In this document: one piece after another, positions 53,524-64,000 of the stretch
Position numbering within the stretch: the stretch's first letter is position 1
Layout of the letters: every line of letters begins with the position of its first letter
Translations under genes and position numbers: made by a program
Notes under the pieces: generated by a model
Databases searched by the model: none
The model's input: only the letters and a program-made list of their open reading frames with translations
Told to the model about the DNA's origin: nothing
Source of the DNA: Octopus vulgaris
Lineage: Eukaryota
DNA: 64,000 nucleotides
NCBI GenBank assembly: GCA_951406725.2
Contig: OX597828.1
Location: forward strand, 58,776,001 to 58,840,000
Direction of reading: 5' to 3'

Positions 53524-53735
53524 CTGCAGGCCTGGCTGTTGGGGATGTTTGTCTCCCCTTCGTAAATGTATATAAGGACACAGGAAAAATGTGTCAAAGC
53601 CATCAGGAGGTGTCGATGCTTCCTAGGGCTAAACAGCGGTGGTGTAACTCCCTACTGTCACGTTCACGTTAGATTGACAGTATACAACCATTCTATTGCC
53701 CCACCACCGATCATATCTCTATGAGAGATTTAGAA

Positions 53736-54370
<635 letters not shown>

Positions 54371-54385
54371 TACACATATACATAA

Positions 54386-54426
<41 letters not shown>

Positions 54427-54754
54427 CATGTATATATATATATATATGTATACATAAACTTAGATAAACTTAGATATGTTTCGACCAATGATTGGTCCAG
54501 GCCATGTCTAACCTAGTAGCACCCCCTGATATGATTATCTAAATCCTGTTTAAGTCAAGTTTTGCTTATGGTAGGGCACCGCCTTGAAGGAATTTAGTCG
54601 AAAGGATCGACGCCAGTACTTGTTTTCTTTTTAAGCCAGGTACTTAATCTGGTGGTCTCTTTTGCCGAACCGCTAAGTTACGGGGACGTAAACACACCAA
54701 TACCGGTTGTCAAGTTGTAGTGGGGAACACACACACATACATACATACATACCA

Positions 54755-54857
54755 GTGGTGGTGGTAGTGGTAGTAGTAACAGCAGCAGCAGCAGTAGCAG
54801 CAACAGCAGCAGCAGCATCAGCAGCAGCAGCAGTAGCAGCAACAGCAGCAGTAGCAT

Positions 54858-54911
<54 letters not shown>

Positions 54912-54914
54912 TAG
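54755..54914. repeat. (GCA)n/(GTA)n trinucleotide microsatellite
   Basis: Direct reading. Confidence 0.9.
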
Positions 54915-54924
54915 TCTCTACGTG

Positions 54925-56190
54925 ATGTTTATACTTTCTGTAAACCCGTTGTCATTCATGTTAAGGAAGTCTGAAGGATATCTCACTGGTTCGCAAGGAA
55001 ACAGAGATACAAAAATTACACACTGTTTCTTTGTGGATGACTTGAAACTTTATGCAAAGAATATGCACGAGATGAAAAAGAGCCTTGGCCTAGTCACAAC
55101 ATTCTCGAAGGATGTAGGGTTGGAGTTTGGTCAGGATAAATGTTGCAATATGGTTGTGAAAAGAGGGAAAACTGTAAACTAGACTAACAACATCTCCAGC
55201 AATAACTTGACTGTTCCCCTATATCTGATGAATGTTACAGATATCTAGGGTTGAGTGAAAACATATCTTACGATGGTAACTGCAACAAAACACGTGTCAC
55301 TAAAGAATATTACAGCCGAATAAAGAAAATTTGGGCCTCGGATTTCTCTGCTTTCAATAAAACAGTGGTACACAATGTGTTTGCAGTGCCAGTACTCATT
55401 CCAACATTTGCGATGTTTGAGCGGACGTTTGATGAGATCCGAGCCATTGATGTGAAAACCCGGAAGACACTAACAAGCACATATAATTTTCACATCAACA
55501 GTGACGTAGACAACCTCTATCTAAAACGAAAACAAGGCGGCAGAAGCTTAACATCGATCCAAAATTCCTTTGAATGTCGTATCATATTCCTTCGACATCT
55601 TTTAACTACCAAGTGTCAAAGTGCATCACTTGACAAAGTTTGAATACGTGAGGCTGATAACATCATAAGACTTGGAAGGTAGCTCCATGAGCAGCATTCC
55701 TTGTCTGATAACCTTAAATACACGCCCAAAGATGTCGCGCAACTCTACCGCAACCTATCATCTGATGAAAAGATGAGCATATTTGAGCAGAAGACCATGC
55801 ATGGTTTTGCCGGATTACTACCTCCCACTTTGCAGGATTACTACCTCCCACTTTGCCGGATTACAACTTCCCGCTTTGCCGGATTACAACCTCCCACTTT
55901 GCCGGATTACAACCTCCCACTTTGCCGGATTACTACCTCCCACTTTGCCGGATTACTACCTCCCACTTTGCCGGATTACTACCTCCCACTTTGAAGGGTA
56001 TGCGTTTGCAATCCAGGAACAGGAAATATCAACCAAATACTTTATGCACAAAAGGGACAGGGATGCAGGAAAAGCAGTAAAATGTGACACCGATGCAGAC
56101 TTTGTGGAGTTAACACCGAAGATATCATCTACGGTAATGCCATCACGGTATTATCTACCGATGAGACATGATGTAGCAAAAACACGGTAG
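54925..56190 (+). mobile_element. R4/Dong-like RLE non-LTR retrotransposon fragment, decayed
   Basis: FILSVNPLS, THCFFVDDLKLY, FSKDVGLEFGQDKC, DVKTRKTL, LYLKRKQGGR, FAIQEQEI, YLPMRHD. Confidence 0.8.
55806..55993. repeat. 23-bp tandem repeat, 8 copies, expanded inside the R4 fragment
   Basis: Unit TTTGCCGGATTACTACCTCCCAC. Confidence 0.92.
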
Positions 56191-56669
56191 TTGATATATT
56201 GTATCAAGAAGTTGTGGTGATTATGTAGAGCCGGATTTGCGGTACATGACGTACAAAGTTGTGGCTGTAATGCTGCAGCCTGGGTCACTTGGTACTGAAG
56301 TTCTCGCAGGTTGTATATTCGCTGTTAAACATGGTGAAGTAATTCACGAACAGTACTATGTTGAAACCTGGGTGTGTTGCTGTTGGACGGGTGTTGTCGT
56401 CTGGCGTTGTCGCTGGAACTGGCTATGTCTTGTGTCGTCAGTGGCTAGACCTTAAAAGGTCTAGAACCAAAGACCTCGAGACGAGAAGGTGAGTTTTTAT
56501 AAGGCACAGTAGGTTCAAAATGGTTGATCTTATTTAGGGGCTCCGATTGGTTATATGCTGCATATTGGCGCAATAGAGTAAGGGACAAATTACGTCAATG
56601 CTCACCAATCAGAATAGTGGACACAGCAGGGTCCAAATAGCGGCCAAAGGCTAGCTGTTATCCGCTACG
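56190..56669 (-). mobile_element. Partial LTR related to 50429-51439
   Basis: Shared motifs GATAACA..CTTTGGC, CCCTG(C/T)TGTGTCCACT..TCTGATTGGT and CCTTTTAAGGTCTAG. Confidence 0.5.
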
Positions 56670-57378
56670 CTCGAATGCTTGTATATATGATAAAGGGGAA
56701 TAGAATTTCACTCGAGTGTGGAAGCACTCCGTCGGTTACGACGATGAGTCACTCGAGTGTATGCTACAGAGAAAAAGTGCCGAGCCCTAAGTTTGTTGTT
56801 TAGTGTTCGAACCGCAACAGAATTCCATTTACTATTTATCATTTGAGAATCGATAAAATTAACACCAGTTATATTAATTATTGTCATTTAGCCTCATTTG
56901 CAATTGAACATACATCTCGTCAAAGGCATTCTAACTGTGAAAGATTTTTTTTTCTCTAGATAAAATCTGATTTCGGTTCTGATCATATTTAGCTAGAATC
57001 GACATATCCAATATGTCACTTTTCTTTAAGACGCCGGGGTATTATTTAAGGAAGTTTATATATTAATGAAATTTTATAGAAACACCGTTCAAATGGTACA
57101 AATTACGGTTATAAAGAAATTTCTGGTGATTTCTGGAAGTGGGTGGGTTATAGGAAGATTTCGGAAAATTCACACGATCCGTCCCCCCACCTAACTTTCA
57201 GGAAAATGGATATCTTTCATTGAAATTTTTACAGAAACACCTTTCAAAAAGCATAGATTACAATTATAAAGAAATTTGTGGGGAAAACTGTTTTCCGAAG
57301 GGGTGAGGGAGAGGACATTGAAACAATGATGCGAAAATGCATCACTCTAACAATTTTGAAGATAGCACCCAGAGAAGA

Positions 57379-57540
57379 TACACACACATTGAAAGACTTT
57401 GAAGGGACATAAAGGAATCAACCAAAAGGCCATGAATTCGATCAAAATATCTACAACATCTTGCAAGATATTTATTTAGAACTTCTCAACATGAAGAAAG
57501 TCTGTTGCGCAAATTCTTCATAGAGGCAACCAAGTTATAC
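57379..57540 (+). pseudogene. Possible Merlin (IS1016/ISXO2-like) transposase C-terminal fragment
   Basis: THIERL*RDIKESTKRP*IRSKYLQHLARYLF resembles the HTQxIERLWRxxK...YL motif. Confidence 0.4.
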
Positions 57541-58350
57541 CTTCAACTCTCGAATCGTTGCCGTCAATTAATTACCAAAACGAAGGTATGAACATGTTTA
57601 TTTGCTTAAATTTTTGTTTTCATATTCGTTTTCTATACGTTTTTTTTTTCGCTTTGGTAACCGGGCGCTAAACTAGATCCTGAAATTTGTGAGGGGGAAA
57701 AAAACGGATTATGTGAATTTTCCAAAATCCTCTCCGCACACCCTCGGAAAACATTTTCACCAGAAATTTCTTTATAATCATTTGTGCCATTTGAACTGTA
57801 TTTCCATAAAATGTCATCAATATATATCCAATTTCCTGAAAGTTATGAGGGAAAAATCGGATCTTGCGAATTTTCCGAAAGTCCTCTCTCCACCCCACCC
57901 CATTCGTTTGCGCAAATTTTTGTTTTCATATCCGTTTTTTAAAAAGAATTTTTAAACATCTAGTAGGCTGGTTTTATTTTTGTTTTCATAACCGGGTCTT
58001 AAACTGTATATTGATCTCTTCCGCTAGTAAATTACTTCATACACACATGCAACCACGAAAACTGTACGATGTAAGCTCCTACTTCAGAATTATTAGGAAG
58101 ATACACACAACTATGATACTTCGGTGTTTCCATATGGTTTTGTATCAATAAATTTCGCTTACAGGTACTCAAGTGGTTTACCGGTTTCTTCTGGCTTTTC
58201 AGCTAATAAACTCTACACACAATACTCCCGTTCAGTCTTACACTGCTTCATGGAACTGATCCCTACATTTTTCATAAACCCTTCAGTAGCATCTCTCTCC
58301 CAATGCTTCTACCTACAAAAGATGTCACGAAAGAACAAATCTTACCAATA

Positions 58351-58870
58351 CTCTTTTACTCTTTTACTTGTTTCAGTCATTTGATTGCGGCCATGCAGGA
58401 GCACCACCTTTAGTCGAGCAAATCGACCCCAGGACTTATTCTTTGTAAGCCTAGTACTTATTCTATCGGTCTCTTTTGCCGAACTGCTATGTTATTTATA
58501 TATATATACGACGGCCTTCTTTTCATTTTCCGTCTACCAAATCAACTCATAAGGCTTTGGTCGGCCCGAGGCTTGTACTTATTCTATCGGTGTTTTTTTT
58601 GCACGTAAACACACAAGCATCGGTTGTCAAACGATGTTGAGGGTACAAACACAGACACACAAACATATAAGCACACATACATACATATATATATATATAC
58701 ATATATACGACGGGCTTCTTTCAGTTTCCGTCAACCAAATCCACTCACAAGGCTTTGGTCAGCCCGAGGCACTAGTAGAAAACACTTGCCCAAGGTGCCA
58801 CGCAGTGGGACTGAACCCGGAACCATGTGGTTGGTAAGCAAGCTACTTACCGCACAGTCACTCCTACGCC
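58351..58870 (-). mobile_element. CORE-type SINE (OR-like) with an internal duplication or nested partial copy
   Basis: Homologous to 127-499; the segment ATATACGACGG...GGTCGGCCCGAGGC occurs twice. Confidence 0.8.
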
Positions 58871-59804
58871 TATAGGTCAAATAATTAATATGTAAATAAA
58901 CAAACTCAGTATTATATCACGATGCAGTCGTTTACTATTCTCACAGCAGTTATTTCCGCACTGCTGGAATACTGTCGATAATCAGGTAAGATAAGAAAAA
59001 TAAGCAAATTTTACTATTTTCAAGTATTTTTCAGTAATTACAAGTAAGTGTACTCACTGACAGTTATTGCGAAATTTGTTGCTTTGGTCATAGAAATATA
59101 TGTTTCTATAAAAAGAAGAAAAAGTTTCCTCCCCAATCTGCTCCCTAGAAGCGTGTCAGCACCGAGCGTAATGAATCACTCGCCCGCCATTGTAACTTTA
59201 TACTAAATTTTTTTTTACTCTCCTTTCTGTAATAAAAGCAATATCATAAACATGCCCCTCACTAATATGGTGTACTGGACAGCATTGCCCCCTCACTATT
59301 CAATAGTACACCCTCAGATTTACTCCACTTTAACATTATTACAAATCAGTGCCCACCCAGAATATTTTGAAACACCCCCAGGCACCAAAATCTAGCGACT
59401 GGCCTGCGGACCAAGTGAAAGTTTTTCTTATTGCACCTCGCTTTATCAGAACCGAACTATAGGAAGACATTAAGTACTTTATATCTTTCCTCTCTTTAAA
59501 GAAAGGGAGGAGTCTAGAAGTTTATTTCCCACCACCCCCTAACACATGTATTGTTTAGTGAGCTTTCAAACTTATAAGATATGCGGGCACACCCTAACAA
59601 ACTGCAGTGAAGGCCAGCAAATGCACGCTAATAATCAATATTGTGTAAAATGTATTTTATTTGGCATATTTCACTTTGTTTTAAACGTTAACGGAAATAT
59701 TGTAATCATAAACAATAGTAATAACTAATGCATTGTGCGTGTATGTGTGATTCTGCGCGGACGGGTACGTATTATTTGTATATATATATATATATATATA
59801 TATA

Positions 59805-60094
59805 GGGATGGTATTATTAAAATACCATCCCGAGTGGTAAGCGAATTATCAGTGAACAATAATAATGTCTTAATATTGTTCACTGATATTTTTTCCTATC
59901 TTGTCTGTAATAGATTTGTGAGTATTCCGTGGTACAGAAGTATTTTTTGACTTCTATCATGAGCGATATAGGTACTCATGTAGTACCCTTCTGTATATAT
60001 GTACATATCTAATATTGTATGTATATATTTTATTAATTTGCCTGTACGGCTGATAATTCGCTTACCACTTGTGATGGTATTTTAATAATACCAT

Positions 60095-60097
<3 letters not shown>
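59805..60097. mobile_element. TA-targeting MITE, 293 bp, in (TA)n
   Basis: ~45-bp TIR GGGATGGTATTATTAAAATACCATCCCGAGTGGTAAGCGAATTATCAG and its reverse complement. Confidence 0.8.
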
Positions 60098-60134
<37 letters not shown>

Positions 60135-60989
60135 GCAGCGTGGAAGGTGTTTATAAGCCATTTAAGAAACACACAAAAGACGTTCGATTCACTTCAACAT
60201 TTAAGTATAATTTGTCAAAATATTTTCGTCGCTAAAATCCGCGACCTGTTCACTGACAGATGCAGCACAGATTTTTGTCAGTGAACAGGTCGCGGATTTT
60301 AAAGAAAGGGAGGGGTCTAGAAGTTTATTTCCCACCACCCCCTAACACGTTTCCAAAAACTTACATGTATTGTTTAGTGAGCTTTCAGACTTATGTCATT
60401 GTAAGAAAAAAATTTATAATATTCTTCAGACATATTGACTCAAATATATATTTTTTAACCTTTTAAAACAAGCCTTCTGTAGTCTTTTCACTTTTTACTA
60501 TTTTCTATATATATATATATATATTTACATATATGCATTATTATTTGTTTATATATACATAAATATATATTTATGCATATTATATATATAGGCGAACGTC
60601 AGCGATAGGTAGCACACACACACACGTTGAAATTTCCCCGTTTTTACAGGGATTAAAAAATTATTTTTCACGATGCGTTTGGAAATGATAGAAGCATCTT
60701 AGGAAAGGAAAATAAATTTTTTTTAATTTACGGTTTAAGGGAAATAACTCTTATCTATCTTTTGCTTCTTTCTGATTTCCTATTCTTTTCCCTGTTTTCA
60801 ACCCTCCCTTTTAATATGTACTTCCTTCTCACCTTTTCTCTCGTCCTATTTTTAGTTCGTTATGCTATGTGGGTAGTGTCTGAATATTGTACTACTAGGT
60901 CACCAGACATGTTATAAAACACTGTCTGGCATGTTCTCAGCATATGAAGTACATAGTAGTACATAAAAACATATATCGTATTTCATCAC

Positions 60990-61742
60990 CACCACCATCA
61001 TCATTATCATCATCATTTAACGTCCATTGTCCATGCTGGCATGGGTTGGACGGTTTGACTGGCCTGGCATGCTGGAAAACTGCACCAGACTCCAGTCTGA
61101 TTTGGCATGGTTTTCTACGGCTGGACACCCTTCCTAACGCCAAACCCCCGGGAGTGTAAGGGGTGCTTTTACGTGCCACCGGTACGGGTGCCGTTTGCGT
61201 GACACCAGTATTTGTCACGGCTGCGATTTTGATCAGCTTGATGGGTCATCGTCTCAAGCACGAGATAATGCCAAAGGCCTCCATGAGGCCCAAACACTCG
61301 AAAGGGTCTCAGCCACTTTGCCTCCATGAGGCAAAGGAACTCGCTCGAAAGGAAACCAGTCACTTTGCCTCTGTCAGGCCCAACGCCCGAAAGGTACTCA
61401 GCCACTTTGTCTCCATGAGGCCCGACATTCAAAAGTTGATTTTTTTACGTGCCACCAGTACAAGTGCACTTGGCTTCATGGTTCCTCTTAAGCATTGCGC
61501 ATCGCCAAAGGACTCGGTCATTAGTCATTGGCTCTGTGAGGTTCAAAGTTCGAAGGTCATGCTTCACCGCCTCATTCCATGTCTTCCTGGGTCTACCTCT
61601 ACCACAGGTCCCCTGCACAGTTAGCGATCGGCACTTCTTTACACAACTGTCCTTGTCCACATGCATCACGTGACCATACCAGCACAGTCATCTCTCTCGC
61701 ACACCACATCTGATTCCTCTTATGCCTAACCTTTCTCTCATC
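60990..61742 (-). mobile_element. RTE-clade LINE 3' end with (GAT)n tail
   Basis: WYGHVMHVDKDSCVKKCRSLTVQGTCGRGRPRKTWNEAVKHDL...DRVLWR, continuing into a UTR with sub-repeats and the common GGAAGGG...CCAACCCATG tail. Confidence 0.75.
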
Positions 61743-62896
61743 GGGTTCGCCAGTCCTCAGTCAAATCGTCCAACCCATGCTAGCATAGAAAGCGGACGTT
61801 AAATGATGATGATTGGTTTCATTTCATTATTAAATTGCTATGTTAAACTTTGACCTACTGACGTATTTGATAACCTACTATGAACTTAGTAAAAATAATA
61901 TCTGAACGTGACAAGTTAAATGTTTATCTGGTTTGATATTTCTAGCCTAAAGAGATACAGTGCAATGCGGATTTTAAAATGTTGGCATTCCAAATATGGC
62001 TTGTGTTTACAGAGACACCGTGTTGCAGTTACAATACTTATTGTTATTATAATAACATTGTGGCAAAGTAAGTTGTCCTTACATTTCATTATTGTTTATC
62101 TAAGGCAGGAAAACTGAAAATAGTAATACATATTATAGAACAGGGGTAGGCAAATTTGCTTAATGTAAGAGCCACATCCAATGAGGTCCAGATGCTCGAA
62201 CAAAATGTACATTGTGTTTACATCTGTATATGTGTCTGTGTTTGTGCCCTGTAACTTAGATTGGAAAAAATAAGTATCAGACTCAACAAATTAAATACTA
62301 GGATTAATTTGATTGATCAGATACCTTTACGTACATTTAAGACCCATCATTCCCTTTTTTTGTTTTTTTCCAGATTTTTTCCAATTTTGTGTTTGACTAA
62401 TTCTATCTGGTACAATTTTACAAAAAAAAAAAGACCCCCAAGAATTATTTTTAACTCCCCTCCCCAATCCTTAAAGTTTGAGATTTAATTGCATTTCTTA
62501 TAAAAATTTACATTTTAAAAGTGGATATTACAAATATGTCATTTGTCTCTTTTCATAATTTCAAATCAACTTTTGAAATTGAAACAAAACTTTGTATGCA
62601 CATACATGCGCACATGTACGTGTGCATGTGAACTCACTCATCTTTTTAGCTGCATGGATGCATGAAATTTTGCTTAAATTAAAAAATTTGAAATTATGTG
62701 TAACAAATGACATATTCATTATATGTACATTTAAAAATGCATATTAAAATAAAACTGCAAAAAATCTCAAACTTTAAGAATTTTAGGAGCAAATTTTAAA
62801 AACTTAAAATTAAATGTATTTTCCTAAAATTGTATAAGATAGAGTTCATAGAACACAAAATAAAAAGATATTTCAAAAAAGACTCAAAAGCAAGAA

Positions 62897-62980
<84 letters not shown>

Positions 62981-63064
62981 CATCCATCCATCCATCCATC
63001 CACCCACCCACCCACAAAAAAACCACCCATCCATCCATCCATCCATCCACCCATCCATCCATCC

Positions 63065-63136
<72 letters not shown>
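62897..63136. repeat. (TATC)n/(CCAT)n microsatellite
   Basis: Direct reading. Confidence 0.95.
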
Positions 63137-63221
63137 GCTACATGTGGAAAAACCGGTGTGTGTTTGTTTGTGGCATTGTTATCTAACTCCTCCTACATCG
63201 TTTTATTGATTTTGATGAAAC

Positions 63222-63655
63222 TTGACATGTGAGTAGAACTCATGTCTGGAAACCTCGTGACATACTTAGATTGTTGAAAAAAATCGATAATACGGCCCCT
63301 GGAAGAGACCTTTATATCTACCTCATATAACTATTTTTTAATCACCCAAGGGAAATAACCCATACCATCTTCACAATATTTTTGTAAAAAACTCCAGGAA
63401 AATAATCAATTTCCTTGTTTATGTTCGATTACTTTGTATATTGATTTTTGTGTGTCCAGTTACTAATTTTTGCAGACCATATCACCTCTTTACTTTATTT
63501 GACACGTGAGTAAAACTCATGTCTGGAAACCTCGTGACATACTTAGATTGTTGAAAAAAAAAATCAATAATAGGGCCCATCCAATGGATCCTCCTATCTA
63601 CTACATATTACTAATATTTTATTTAAACAACACAAAGGAAATAGCCCATACCACC
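63222..63655. repeat. Tandem duplication with ~277-bp period
   Basis: TTGACA(T/C)GTGAGTA(G/A)AACTCATGTCTGGAAACCTCGTGACATACTTAGATTGTTGAAAAAAA occurs at 63222 and 63499. Confidence 0.7.
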
Positions 63656-64000
63656 TGCAGTTTTTAGTGAAGCGATCAATATTTGATTCTCAAGATTAGC
63701 CGACCTAATTCTGCCTTTCACTACTCACAGTTTTGAACTGCCAAACATTATTGCACTTCCTTAATTTGAATCTTCAACATTCATACATTTCTATACATAC
63801 ATACTTTTTTGAGTGCCCATTACTCTGATAATTCTGCATTTTTACAGTTACACTTTTTCCATGACAGTAGATAATTTTTTTCCAAAGCGTATTTGTAGTG
63901 GCTTCATGCAGGCATAGCGTGAATTTGATCCTTGATTGCCAAATTTCCCTTAACACTTCAACAGTGCTTTTCTCATGGTGAAACAATAGTTTTTCTGTGA

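Noticed and set aside
54707-54925. Poly-Ala/poly-Val ORF
   Set aside because: It is a trinucleotide microsatellite following a SINE fragment, with no gene context.
62370-62875. Degenerate AT-rich inverted repeat
   Set aside because: Probably an old MITE, but the termini and TSD could not be defined.

Overview
AT-rich, repeat-dense animal genomic DNA. The SINE families and microsatellite load suggest an octopus (coleoid cephalopod); this is an inference. There is one intact host gene: coatomer subunit epsilon (COPE) on the minus strand, 10 coding exons from 25322 down to 3604, 300 aa, all introns GT-AG. Its intron 4 holds a 6.3-kb array of about 186 copies of a 34-bp unit. The rest is transposon-derived: mariner elements, hAT, piggyBac-like, Tc1-like and Merlin-like MITEs, Helitron-like elements, solo LTRs, CR1, RTE, R4 and Penelope fragments, and several tRNA-SINE families. 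Three things stand out. (1) Three Tx1-clade LINEs of different subfamilies are stacked head-to-tail in one (TATC)n microsatellite, each ending at the same TATCT junction. (2) Two diverged ~360-nt non-coding elements sit in (TA)n; each carries a minimal hammerhead-ribozyme-like motif at the tip of a long hairpin plus a shared downstream RNA motif, resembling Penelope pLTRs or retrozymes. (3) An RTE LINE in a (TACA)n array has a twin-priming-type 5' inversion. No CRISPR array, rRNA or true tRNA genes were found.
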